From a virus, in the UHGV virus genome UHGV-0208856: 55,786 nucleotides of DNA; one strand, given 5' to 3'. Both the position numbers and the translations under genes were made by a program. The number at the start of each line of letters is the position of its first letter. The stretch's first letter is position 1. Below are positions 10,576 to 20,069 of the stretch, piece after piece. A model generated the notes under the pieces. That model worked only from the letters and a program-made list of their open reading frames with translations. It made no database searches and was not told the origin of the DNA.

Positions 10576-12522
10576 ATGCTTCACCAACCCACCAACATTA
10601 CACCGTCCAGTCTCGCAAATATCGGGAATACCGCAGTCAGCGCGTATGACGCGCTGACTGTCACATGGCAGCTCAACGGAGACACGCCGCTTGTTGCGTA
10701 CAAAATCGACTTCTACCTCAACAATTCGACCTCGCAATCACTCTTTTCCACGGGCAAAGTCACGGTAAGCCCCTCCGTCGCGCCGAAAGACAAATATGGA
10801 GACCCCGTTTTCTTCGCCGTAACGCCGGGCTATCCGTGGTCACACATCGGCGTGTCAAACGGCAACACATACAAATACAAGATCACGCAGTATTGGGGGA
10901 CCGGCACGAACGACTACACGGAGCAATATTCAGACACCGTTTTCAGTGCTGTTGCAGAGCCGGATTTGTCAATCGTTCTCAACTACCCGCCCGAAGCGGG
11001 GAATGTATTTCCGTCCCCGCACATATCCATGACCGCAAACGTGCAGCTCGGCTCGGGTGATGCGGTTCGCGCTGTGCGGTGGGTCGTTTCTCACGGCGCA
11101 ATAATCGATGACACGGGCTACATCGAAACGCCCGTGCTTGACTACGAATACGACGGCATAACGCCCGATTCGCACTCATCGTACACCGTCGCTTGTTACA
11201 TACAAACGCAGCTCGGCATGACGGCACAAGCAGAGAGAACCTTTGATTGCTTTTACGAAACAACCGCCTCGCCCGACTTTACGGCAAAATGCAACTGCGA
11301 CGGTTCCGTGACGCTCAATTGCCCGATTGACGGAATAAAGAGCATTCCCGGCACCGCTACACCCGCAAGCGGCGCAACATTCAGCGGCGGAAATCTTGTA
11401 CTCGCGGCGGGTGCAAGAGTGCAATGGACTACTTACGGCATTTCCGCGCCGTATTACATAGGCTACAAGGGCATATGGGGCAGCACCGCCGTTGAAATAT
11501 TCCGGCTGTCGAACCTTGCGGGGAATACACTTTCCGTGACGGCGGGAGGCGGGCGAGTGACACTGTATCTGAACGGCTCACAACTGACATATCTTATCCC
11601 CGGCTCATTGAAAGCGGGGGAAGCGTTCTGCGTTCAGATTTCGCCAACAAAATTCTCTTTTGTCGGGCAAGACGATGCGACAATGAGCATTTCCCTTCCC
11701 AATTTTGACTTCGTTACCGTCGGCGCGGCAAGCAACACCTCGGCATTGACGGCGATATATATGTATATCACGAAAACCATACCGACGAACGCTGCGATGA
11801 ACAACGAGATCACGCCCGTTTTTGACAGCAACACCGTCATGCTCACACAGTTTGACAACGGCACGCTCGAAGCCGGGAACGCCGATAAATACAAGGTTCG
11901 TTTTTACCGCGACGACAAAGCCCTTGCCACCGTCAGCGCATCAAAACCCACGCTCACGGACTACGGCGCAATACCGGGCGAAAAGTATTACTACATGGCG
12001 TTCAAACTCGTCACGGGCGAATTTAGCGGCAACGGCATAGTACCCGCGAGCGGAGCCGTCGGCGCGAATCCCGAAGCATATCAGCTTATCGAAGCTGCCG
12101 AGGATGAAACCGAATACGATCGCTACAACGTCGTTTCCGTTTGGTCGTTCCGCTCGAACGCCGAGGATATGTCCATCGGCAACGGCAACGAACCGACCCT
12201 GCTTGCGAACTTCACGAAGTACCCCTTGCGGCAGGGCAGCTCACAAGCCCCGAGAAGCGGCACTTTGTCTGCACTCCTAAGCAATCCCATAGGCGGCGTA
12301 TACAAAGACACCTACGCGCAATTACAGGCGTTGTACGCTCTTTCACAGACTGACAACGCGCTTTTCCTCAAACACCCGAAGGGCTTCATGTATCGCGTAC
12401 ACATTTCGTCGCCCATAACAGGGACGGTGAACCTCGCTTCAAACACCATGCCGACCACCGTTTCCGTGCCGTGGATTGAGATCGGCGACACCGAAGGCGT
12501 TTCTCTTGTAAAGGAGGGCTGA
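10576..12522 (+). CDS. Tail tip/baseplate protein (beta-rich)
   Basis: 648 aa, T/S/G/Y-rich, directly after the tape measure gene, SD aaggagg. Confidence 0.65.
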   Translation: MLHQPTNITPSSLANIGNTAVSAYDALTVTWQLNGDTPLVAYKIDFYLNNSTSQSLFSTGKVTVSPSVAPKDKYGDPVFFAVTPGYPWSHIGVSNGNTYKYKITQYWGTGTNDYTEQYSDTVFSAVAEPDLSIVLNYPPEAGNVFPSPHISMTANVQLGSGDAVRAVRWVVSHGAIIDDTGYIETPVLDYEYDGITPDSHSSYTVACYIQTQLGMTAQAERTFDCFYETTASPDFTAKCNCDGSVTLNCPIDGIKSIPGTATPASGATFSGGNLVLAAGARVQWTTYGISAPYYIGYKGIWGSTAVEIFRLSNLAGNTLSVTAGGGRVTLYLNGSQLTYLIPGSLKAGEAFCVQISPTKFSFVGQDDATMSISLPNFDFVTVGAASNTSALTAIYMYITKTIPTNAAMNNEITPVFDSNTVMLTQFDNGTLEAGNADKYKVRFYRDDKALATVSASKPTLTDYGAIPGEKYYYMAFKLVTGEFSGNGIVPASGAVGANPEAYQLIEAAEDETEYDRYNVVSVWSFRSNAEDMSIGNGNEPTLLANFTKYPLRQGSSQAPRSGTLSALLSNPIGGVYKDTYAQLQALYALSQTDNALFLKHPKGFMYRVHISSPITGTVNLASNTMPTTVSVPWIEIGDTEGVSLVKEG

Positions 12523-12524
12523 CA

Positions 12525-14186
12525 ATGGCGACGTATGCCGAGTACATCCACGCGCTCAAACACCCGTTTGAAAAGCTGGCGCGGCTTGAATTTCTGCAAC
12601 CCGACGGCACTGTTGCGTTTTCCGTTGGCTCGGAGCGCGGGCGTTTGCGTTCACGCAGGCACAGAAGCTCCGCGTTCATTCAGAGCGGCACTCTGAATGT
12701 CTCGCTCCAAAACGGAACGCGCCGCACTGCGGACATCACGCTTGCCAACACCGACAATGCGTTTGACTACAACGTCAACAATGTTTGGTTCGGCTCTCTC
12801 GTTCGCCTTATGATGGGTTTGCGCTTGCCGAGCGGCGAAGAGTTTATGCTCCCGCAGGGCGTATTTGTGATAGATAGCCCCCAGACCGTCTATAATCCCG
12901 CAGAACGCACGATTACATACAGCCTTACAGACAAATGGGCAAGGCTTGACGGACGCATGGGCGGCAATTTAGCCGCGTCATATGTTGTGCCTACGGCAAC
13001 AGGCGGAACGAATACGAATGTATTCACTGCGTTGTCCTCTCTTTTGCGTTTGGACATTCGAAATTATGAGCAGTACACTGTCGATAAGGGGCGCATGACC
13101 GACCCCGTCGCGCCCGTCTGTACGCCGTACTACAACGGCAAGATATACCCCGTCGTAAACACCGACGGCACAAGCTACACCGTCGCCATGACGGATGTGC
13201 CGTATCAGATAACCGTTGACGGCGAAAGCGGCGCACTGTCCGAGGTCGCACTCGAACTCAACAATATCCTCGCTGGCGTTATCGGCTACGATGCGGTCGG
13301 CGCGTTGCGCGTCGAACCATCGCAGAACGATATTATCGACGAATACAAGCCCGTCTTGTGGTCGTTCACACCCGAAAACTCCGAACTTCTCGGCGTATCC
13401 GAAACGGCGAAAAACACGGAAGTGTACAACGATGTTATCATTTGCGGCGAAAGCCTCGATGAAGCCGAAATATACGGCAGGGCATCAAACTACGACCCGA
13501 AAAGCGACACGAACATAAACCTCATAGGGCGCAGAACTTACCGCGAAACACGCGCTTCGTACTGGAATCCGACACAGTGTATCGACCTTGCGCGGTTTTT
13601 CCTCAAACAAAAAACGATACTTCAAAAGTCCGTTTCTATTCGTTGCGGTCAGCTCTTTCATCTTCGCGAGAACTGTCTTGTTTCCCTTCAAAGAACCGAC
13701 AAACCCGGCAGCCCGACGGAACTTCACCTCATTAGCTCGTATTCGCTCCCAATCGCGCAGACTGGCGAAATGACCATAAACTGTACATCGGTCAACGACC
13801 TTGACATAAGTGTATCGACAACGAGCGCCAACCTTATTCCGTTCGTTGACGGGACATACAAAGTCACGCACTCGTCGGGCTACGGCAACATAACCGTTTT
13901 GGGTGATTCCGTCACAGCGGAAGGCTTTGCGGAGGGAAGCAACGGTTATACCGCCATAACAGCGGCGTTTACCGTTCCCGCAGGCATATACACATTCGCG
14001 GTCACGGGTCTTTCGTCCTCCGCACTCGTCAAATTCGTTCTCGTTGACAGCTCCGGCGCATATCACAGCCCCGGCACGCTCGTTTCCACGGGCGGCAAAT
14101 ACACATTCGCCATCACCGAAACAGGAAGCGGCTCATACGATCAGACAATCACCGCAAGCCTGCGTGTTGCCGAAGCGCAAGGCTGA
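12525..14186 (+). CDS. Tail hub/baseplate protein
   Basis: 553 aa; motifs LPQGVFVI and YNDVIICG typical of siphovirus hub proteins; beta-rich C-terminus; last gene of the + operon. Confidence 0.65.
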   Translation: MATYAEYIHALKHPFEKLARLEFLQPDGTVAFSVGSERGRLRSRRHRSSAFIQSGTLNVSLQNGTRRTADITLANTDNAFDYNVNNVWFGSLVRLMMGLRLPSGEEFMLPQGVFVIDSPQTVYNPAERTITYSLTDKWARLDGRMGGNLAASYVVPTATGGTNTNVFTALSSLLRLDIRNYEQYTVDKGRMTDPVAPVCTPYYNGKIYPVVNTDGTSYTVAMTDVPYQITVDGESGALSEVALELNNILAGVIGYDAVGALRVEPSQNDIIDEYKPVLWSFTPENSELLGVSETAKNTEVYNDVIICGESLDEAEIYGRASNYDPKSDTNINLIGRRTYRETRASYWNPTQCIDLARFFLKQKTILQKSVSIRCGQLFHLRENCLVSLQRTDKPGSPTELHLISSYSLPIAQTGEMTINCTSVNDLDISVSTTSANLIPFVDGTYKVTHSSGYGNITVLGDSVTAEGFAEGSNGYTAITAAFTVPAGIYTFAVTGLSSSALVKFVLVDSSGAYHSPGTLVSTGGKYTFAITETGSGSYDQTITASLRVAEAQG

Positions 14187-14190
14187 AAAC

Positions 14191-14224
14191 AAAAGAAGCT
14201 CCGAAACATCGGGGCTTCTTTTTT
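14191..14224. terminator. Bidirectional intrinsic terminator
   Basis: aaaagaagctccga-aaca-tcggggcttctttttt between convergent genes; A-run before and T-run after the stem. Confidence 0.85.
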
Positions 14225-14225
14225 G

Positions 14226-14633
14226 TCATTCGTGTTCGGAGTGTTCCTCGGATTCTTCGGCGGTCTTGCCGTATCGCAAAAGAGGTCTGTTCGGCAGCTC
14301 GCCGTCCTGCCGCTTGCGCCATTCGGGATCCATTCTGTTCTGCATACGCCATAGCTGCTTGCGTATCTGATCGCAGCGCCTCACATATGGCGCAATGGTT
14401 CGGCTGATCTCGGCAAGCTCTTTCGCAAGTGCTTCGCCCGTGTCTTTGTTGCCGTACACGATGGGCTGAATCATGTAAAAGCGTTTGAAGCCGTCCGCTT
14501 CGTCCTCGTTCGTGATTCTGCCCTTCTCACCCGTTTCGTACTTTACAACGCATTCGCCGTTGTCAAAAACCTTTACGATGTTGCCATAAAGCCCATCGGC
14601 GCGGATTACACGCGCTTCTTTCCGGAAGTCCAT
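14226..14633 (-). CDS. Hypothetical protein (135 aa)
   Basis: SD aagggag; last gene of the leftward accessory operon. Confidence 0.65.
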   Translation of the reverse strand: MDFRKEARVIRADGLYGNIVKVFDNGECVVKYETGEKGRITNEDEADGFKRFYMIQPIVYGNKDTGEALAKELAEISRTIAPYVRRCDQIRKQLWRMQNRMDPEWRKRQDGELPNRPLLRYGKTAEESEEHSEHE

Positions 14634-14654
14634 GTTTTACTTCTCCCTTTTGGT

Positions 14655-14999
14655 TCAAATTTTCCATTTAATGCCGCGTTTCGCGCACATACGCCGCGCG
14701 GCTTGTGTCGATTCGTTGTCCGGGTGTCCGTTCGCCCGGTCTATGAGTATTTCCGTTCGCGTTTTCGGCGTGATGATCCTCGCCGCGGCCATAGCGTTAT
14801 ACTCGGCTATTGCCGCCTGCCGCCGCGCGGAATATTCGCCGCAGGCGCGTTCGGTATCGCGCAAACGCTTCACCCGTTGCCGCGCCGTTTCGCCGTGGGG
14901 CAATCGGCATTTGTCGAGCGTGTAGTCGGCAAACGGGCTTGAAAGTCCTCGGGCGGCAAGAAACTGTTCGAGGCTTTGTTTCTGTTCGTTTCTGTTCAT
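14655..14999 (-). CDS. Hypothetical protein (114 aa)
   Basis: ATGA overlap with the recombinase stop codon. Confidence 0.6.
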   Translation of the reverse strand: MNRNEQKQSLEQFLAARGLSSPFADYTLDKCRLPHGETARQRVKRLRDTERACGEYSARRQAAIAEYNAMAAARIITPKTRTEILIDRANGHPDNESTQAARRMCAKRGIKWKI

Positions 15000-15928
15000 G
15001 CCGTTTCTGCCGCCTCGTCAAACGCCTTGTTTATCTTCGTTGCTGTTCCACGCGGGTCGAGGATGCTTACATATACGCGCTCGGTTGTCAAGATCGAACT
15101 ATGCCCGAGGGCGGTTTGTGTATCACGCATTGATATGCCGCGGCTCACCCACATGGAAGCAGCCGCGTGCCGCAGGGCGTGAGGGTAGACCGAATGCCCG
15201 CAGGCTTTGCCCGTGTACACGCGCACAAGCTGCCGCAATGCTTCGCTTGAAAGCTTCGCCCAGACTTCCGCGCCGCTGCTGTTCTGCGCCTTCGTGCCGA
15301 ATAATACGGCGTTGCTGTTCATGCCGTCGGGGCGGTACCCGCTGTTGAGGTAGTCCCGCATAGCCGCGCGGGCTATTGCCGGGAACGGTACGGTGCGCCG
15401 CTTGTCGCCCTTGCCGTGCTTGACGGTGATCGCGCCGTTTTCAAAATCGAGGTCGGCGGGTGTAAGGCTTCGCACTTCGTCACTGCGCAAGCCTGCTTGT
15501 AGTAAGATTATCACAATCGCGCGATTTCTGCAAGAGGTTTTTTTGTTTATTCCGCGCGGAGCGTTTCCCTTCAAAAGCGTCTCGATTTCGTCGAGCGTCA
15601 GAAGGTCATAGTCCGGGCGTTGGTGCTTCGGTATCTCCATAACGTCAACAGGGTTCTGTTCTGCAAGCCCGTTTCTGTTCGCCCACGCAAAAAGCGCGTG
15701 CAGTATAGTCATATTGTGGGCGGTGGTATTGTTGCCGACTACCGCCGCAAGCGCCGACCGCCATCCGATAACGGCAAGCGGGGAAACATCCTCGCCGCTG
15801 CCGTCCAGATATGCGCCGAAGCTGTCCGCGGCGTTTCGGTACGCCTTGACGGTGCAAGGGCTTTTACCCGCCGCCGGAAGCGCGGCAAGATAAGCCGCCG
15901 CCATCGCTTTATACTCGTTTGCGTTCAT
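14996..15928 (-). CDS. Tyrosine recombinase, XerC/D-like (second recombinase)
   Basis: 310 aa with a SAM-like N-terminus (KSPCTVKAY) and catalytic set GLRSDE, KHGKGDK, HALRH, LGHS, TERVY. Confidence 0.9.
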   Translation of the reverse strand: MNANEYKAMAAAYLAALPAAGKSPCTVKAYRNAADSFGAYLDGSGEDVSPLAVIGWRSALAAVVGNNTTAHNMTILHALFAWANRNGLAEQNPVDVMEIPKHQRPDYDLLTLDEIETLLKGNAPRGINKKTSCRNRAIVIILLQAGLRSDEVRSLTPADLDFENGAITVKHGKGDKRRTVPFPAIARAAMRDYLNSGYRPDGMNSNAVLFGTKAQNSSGAEVWAKLSSEALRQLVRVYTGKACGHSVYPHALRHAAASMWVSRGISMRDTQTALGHSSILTTERVYVSILDPRGTATKINKAFDEAAETA

Positions 15929-16152
15929 TTCTTCGCCCTCCGTTTTTCGTTTTTGCCCGCAAGCCGGAGCGCAACCACCGCCGCGGGAATCATCGCCGCG
16001 AATAGTGTTCGCTCGTCACCGCCGAACGCGGGCGACAGCACTACAACCCCGCCGCCGTAGGCAAGCGCGCCGCCTATCGCCGCCAAAATTGCCTTAATCG
16101 TGCGCCTAATCTGCGCGGGCTTTCTCGTCTTGTTTCTGTTCGTTCTGTTCAT
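15925..16152 (-). CDS. Small two-TM membrane protein
   Basis: 75 aa, basic N-terminus, two hydrophobic stretches; ATGA overlap with the recombinase start. Confidence 0.55.
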   Translation of the reverse strand: MNRTNRNKTRKPAQIRRTIKAILAAIGGALAYGGGVVVLSPAFGGDERTLFAAMIPAAVVALRLAGKNEKRRAKK

Positions 16153-16255
16153 TTTCTCGCCTTTCGCCCCGCTTGCCGTTCTCGGTCAAGTCTTACGGGC
16201 TTTTGCGGGCGGGTGCATTGCACACCCGCGCCGCTGTTCTGCTTCTGTTCGCCTT

Positions 16256-18022
16256 TTATCGGGCAATCGTATCAATGCACGGCGTGAAGCCTTCCGATTT
16301 TGCCCACGCGATGACATCCCGCATATATTCGCGGCAGCTTTCGCCCGCGAACCGTACACGCTGCAAGCCGCCGCCGACATCCTCATACCGCAGCGCCGCA
16401 GGGACTTCGGGCAGCGTGCCGCGGAACACGACCAGAGAGGGCGACCCGTTAAGGTATACCGCGCCCGGTAAGCGTTTGCGCCCTTGATTTATGATGATGC
16501 GGTTCGCGGTGATTTCGCGGAGTGTTCCGCGCACCTCGCGCGCCGAAAGGGTCATCCCGTCAACATTGACGACGGTCATGGCTTCGCCTTCGGCGAGGCT
16601 TGCGCTCTCGATCTGTTCGGCAAGGGGCGCGGGGATGTAGAACGGTTCACGGTCGGCGGCTTCGGCGGTGATTTCCGCCGCGGCAGCTTCCCACGGGCGA
16701 ACCGTGGAAGCCGTGCCGGGGATGTAGGTATATCGCGCGTATCCGTAGCCCTCGGGGTCAACGACGGCGCGCAAAATGCCATCAACATATACGCCGACGC
16801 AATCCGACATAAAGAACCGCACCCCGGCGCGCTGTTCGGCGGTGAGTTTGTGCAGATTTTCATCCGTCACCCGCGGGTCGAGCGTTCCAGTGCCGCCGCG
16901 CCCGGCGAAAAATGAAAAATCATACAGAAGAAGCCCGGCGAATATGTCGAAAAGGCTTTCAGACATCGAAACGCGGCGCGTTATCTGCGCGAGTTCGCCC
17001 GGCGTTTCATCGTTGAGCGCATCCGCGAGGACTTCCGCGAAGGTTGACGGCTTGCGGCTGCCGTGGAGATCGTCAACGGCGACAAACTCGGACGGCTCCA
17101 AATCTTCGACGGTCGCGCCGTTTTCGATTTCGGCGATTTTCCGCGCATCTTCGGCGGCTTGCTGCTCGGCGCGTTCCTGTTCGCGTTTCCGTTCGGCAAT
17201 CTGCTTTCTTGCTTCTTCGGCGCGGCGTTCTTCCTCGGCGGCTTCGTGTTCGGCTTTGCGGCGGGAAAAGTCCGCCGCATCCGCTTTTTGCGCCTCTGTC
17301 GGTTCGAGCGTTTCGAAGCTGTAAAAGCTTACAGAGGCACCCCCATATAAATCATGGTGCGCGCCGTAGTCGGCATAATAATCGCCATCGTCGGCATCTG
17401 CTGCCGCGTGCAGCTTGTTGCAATATTCGAGAACGGCGGCAAGCTGTTCGCACGGTTCGCGGCGGTCGTACCTGTCGCGGTCTCTGGCTGCTTCGGGGTC
17501 TCCTTTGATTTCGACAAATCCCCACGGTGCCGCCTTTATGCGGATGTCGCAAGAATTGAGCCACCCCGCCCCGCCCGAGGTGATCGAAAATTTGACCTCG
17601 GGAAAGCGCTTGCGGAGGTGTTTGCGGAAATAGTCGGCGGCTGCGCGGTCGTAGCTCCACGCAGTGCCATTCTGCGCCGCCTTGATTGCCTTTTTGATTT
17701 CGTTTTCTGTGCCGTATGCGGGGAGGTCGTCGGTGCGGGTGCGCTCCCAGAGTGACGGCAGCGGCGCGGCTTCCTTCGCGGAGGCTTTCGCGGCGTTTCT
17801 GTTCGTCGCGTTGCCTGCCGTGGTGACGGTTGCGCCCTTCTCGGCGTTCTCGATCGCTTCGCGGGTGGTCTGCTCATCGGCGAAGCCGTACCAGATGCCG
17901 CGCGTAGGATTCCAGCGGAAGCGCAAGCCTTTTAGGGCTTCGCGGACTTCGGCGGCGGGTTTGCCGTCAAAAGCGATTTCAATTGATTTTTTCGCGGTGT
18001 TGGTGGTGATGGTTGCGGTCAT
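16256..18022 (-). CDS. Multi-domain protein with an LPD29-like (large polyvalent protein-associated) domain
   Basis: 588 aa, SD gaaaggaag; RKHLRKRFPEVKFSITS resembles LPD29; N-terminal IEIAFDGKP...LK...FRWNP...WY module is common in leading-region proteins; central coiled coil. Confidence 0.6.
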   Translation of the reverse strand: MTATITTNTAKKSIEIAFDGKPAAEVREALKGLRFRWNPTRGIWYGFADEQTTREAIENAEKGATVTTAGNATNRNAAKASAKEAAPLPSLWERTRTDDLPAYGTENEIKKAIKAAQNGTAWSYDRAAADYFRKHLRKRFPEVKFSITSGGAGWLNSCDIRIKAAPWGFVEIKGDPEAARDRDRYDRREPCEQLAAVLEYCNKLHAAADADDGDYYADYGAHHDLYGGASVSFYSFETLEPTEAQKADAADFSRRKAEHEAAEEERRAEEARKQIAERKREQERAEQQAAEDARKIAEIENGATVEDLEPSEFVAVDDLHGSRKPSTFAEVLADALNDETPGELAQITRRVSMSESLFDIFAGLLLYDFSFFAGRGGTGTLDPRVTDENLHKLTAEQRAGVRFFMSDCVGVYVDGILRAVVDPEGYGYARYTYIPGTASTVRPWEAAAAEITAEAADREPFYIPAPLAEQIESASLAEGEAMTVVNVDGMTLSAREVRGTLREITANRIIINQGRKRLPGAVYLNGSPSLVVFRGTLPEVPAALRYEDVGGGLQRVRFAGESCREYMRDVIAWAKSEGFTPCIDTIAR

Positions 18023-18150
18023 GGTTTTTCTTCCTTTCTTTTCTTGCCCGGCGGGCGTTTTTGTTTGCCCGCTCGGGGCTTGTGGATTTGTTCCCGTTTC
18101 GCCGTTTGCGGCTCATCGGTGCGGCGTATATCCGCAGACGGGGCGAGGGT

Positions 18151-18414
18151 TTACGCCCTCGCGCGGAAGGTCGGCGCGTTTCCGTTCCACTCTATGCCGT
18201 CATCATCCGGGGCGGCGTACACCATGCCCACGCCCGGAACGAATACCCGCGCACCGTATCGCGCGAGGACTTCGCCGCTTTCGACGTTGACGATGTAGCA
18301 CGGAGCGCAGCTCCAAAACGCGAACGCCTCCGCCCTTGCCAGATACTTAAAAGCGCGCGGCGTGCGGCTTTCGCTCCAATGCTTCGGGTATCTTACTTCA
18401 AAATTGCCTTTCAT
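18151..18414 (-). CDS. Hypothetical protein (87 aa)
   Basis: ATG preceded by gaaaggcg; same operon direction. Confidence 0.5.
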   Translation of the reverse strand: MKGNFEVRYPKHWSESRTPRAFKYLARAEAFAFWSCAPCYIVNVESGEVLARYGARVFVPGVGMVYAAPDDDGIEWNGNAPTFRARA

Positions 18415-18484
18415 CTTTTCGCCTTTCTTTTCCCTGCGTGCCTTCCGGTCACGTCTTGCGGGTCTGTTCTTTTTTTCTTGCCCC

Positions 18485-18513
18485 TTGACAAGGGGCGCGG
18501 GATGTGGTAGAAT
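18485..18513 (+). promoter_or_regulatory. Sigma-A promoter pointing antisense to the leftward operon
   Basis: TTGACA (18485-90), 17 bp, TAGAAT (18508-13) with extended TG; -35 embedded in palindrome gccccttg-a-caaggggc (18480-18496). Confidence 0.75.
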
Positions 18514-18519
18514 TTGAAG

Positions 18520-18606
18520 CGATGCAGGGCGCGGACGCGCGCGCCGTCTGCGTTGCTTCGCGACACCGTCCCGTTTTGCTATGCGTTGGGCGGTGCCGCG
18601 TTTTTT
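18520..18606 (+). ncRNA. Candidate ~85-nt small RNA
   Basis: Follows the near-consensus promoter; two stem-loops, the second (cgcgacaccgtcc...gggcggtgccgcg) ends in T6; no SD-led ORF. Confidence 0.5.
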
Positions 18607-18784
18607 AGCCTGCTATTTCTTCGCAGGCTTTGCGAATTGCCGCGCGGATTTCGTCCGCGTCTGCTGTCTGTTCGGCGAGCCGTTCCAGATCTTGCAGGCA
18701 CTTCCGCACCCGTTCGCGTTCTTTCGCTGCTCCGAGCTGCTCGGCGTAATTCGCGAGCATTTCGGCGGCGTTCGTTTTTTTCAC
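18605..18784 (-). CDS. Small helical hypothetical protein (59 aa, MKKTNAAEML...)
   Basis: GTG start preceded by gaggaggg; first gene after the leftward promoter. Confidence 0.55.
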   Translation of the reverse strand: MKKTNAAEMLANYAEQLGAAKERERVRKCLQDLERLAEQTADADEIRAAIRKACEEIAG

Positions 18785-18859
18785 CTCGTTCCCTCCTCGG
18801 TCGCGTCCCCTTATTGCCTCCGGCGGCACGCTTCACGCGCCCCGCCTTTCAGCATCTAT

Positions 18860-18888
18860 ATTGTATCATTTCCCGCACAAAAAAACAA
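18860..18888 (-). promoter_or_regulatory. Leftward sigma-A promoter for the accessory operon
   Basis: Minus strand reads TTGTTT, 17 bp, TACAAT with extended TG. Confidence 0.55.
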
Positions 18889-19341
18889 TTGACAAAACGC
18901 CGAAACTGCCCGCGCCGCAAGGCTTTTCAGATTTTAGCCCTCCCCGAAAGCCCCGAAAGGGCTTTTTTTGCTTTTGAAGCCCGGAAAATCCCGAAAAGCG
19001 TATACAGGGCATTTTGGCGCGTTTTACGGCATACATAGAAGCAACACCGCCGAAAGCAAAAGAAAAAAGTTTTTTCAAGTGATTTTTTGCCCCGTCAAAA
19101 TGCACAAACCACGCCCCGCCGCGGGAACGCTCGGAAGCACGGCAAAGCACCGCACCCACGCACCCACGCACCCACCGCCGAAGGACTACCCGCCGCCGAT
19201 CTTCCCGCGCTCTACTCCGCCGCCACTGCGAACCCCGACCACGCGCCCCGAAAGCCTGCGCCGATACGCCCGAAAGCAAACACGAAACCCCCGCCCGAAG
19301 CCCGGCAAAACCGAAAGCCGAAAACCCCCCACACCCCCCGT

Positions 19342-19397
19342 ATAATAATTTAATGATTGTATATATAAGCTTATATATATAATCATTCAATGATTAT
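19342..19397. repeat. 56-bp imperfect AT-rich palindrome
   Basis: Centred on AAG|CTT (19369/19370); 25 of 28 positions pair; perfect 20-bp core tatatataagcttatatata. Confidence 0.9.
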
Positions 19398-20003
19398 CAG
19401 TATTGAATTGCGCCCCCTCTTTCGGTGGCGAGCGGCAAGCGGCAAGCGCGGAGCGGCGAGCGCAAGCCTCGGCGCGGTGTGCTGTCAGCGTGTCGCGGTG
19501 GCGTGGGTTGTCGGTCGGTGGTTCGGCTCGGTGATGATGTTTTGATGTTGGGGTGTGTCATTGTTTGGCGCATATGTTCGGCAGGGGTTGCCGTGTCGGG
19601 AATCGTTTCCGGATTGTCCTACCATGCGCACGCACGCGCGAGAGCAGCAGGAAGCCGCAGACCTTGTGACAATGTATATATTATCGCAAGGCATAGCCCC
19701 GCGCCCGGGGTGGTTTTCAAGTCTTTTCGAGCGTTTCAAAGCCCGAGAAGCGTGCACCAGTTCCCCTCTCACCCTATTTCCTTGTCTTTTCTCTTTCCCT
19801 CTCAAAATCAACCTTCACTTCCTCATACACGCTCCAATGCCCCTCTCGCTTAAAATTTCGCCCGCCATTGAATTTTTGTCTTTCAGACAAGCAAACTATG
19901 CTCTCAACCTCAAATAAACGCCCTGCGCGATTTTAAGGGCATTCTACGCAATCAACGGGGAACGGCTCAAAGCACAACATACTGAATCTCACGCGAGAAT
20001 ATG

Positions 20004-20032
20004 TTGCGCACGACCCCAATATGTGGTATGAT
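20004..20032 (+). promoter_or_regulatory. Sigma-A promoter for the cysteine desulfurase gene
   Basis: TTGCGC, 17 bp, TATGAT with extended TG. Confidence 0.65.
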
Positions 20033-20069
20033 ATAGGCGGCACATAGACGGGGAAGGGGTGACACGACA

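Noticed and set aside
10576..14186. Diversity-generating retroelement or shufflon acting on tail genes
   Set aside because: No reverse transcriptase, no template/variable repeat pair and no inverted-repeat-bounded alternative 3' ends were seen.
14996..15928. Protelomerase or integron integrase assignment for the second recombinase
   Set aside because: Size and motifs fit a plain Xer-like enzyme; neither the IntI-specific insertion nor protelomerase features were recognised.
18866..19917. Several 60-170 aa ORFs around the palindrome
   Set aside because: Low-complexity Arg/Pro/Gly translations caused by strand-skewed composition; no ribosome-binding sites.
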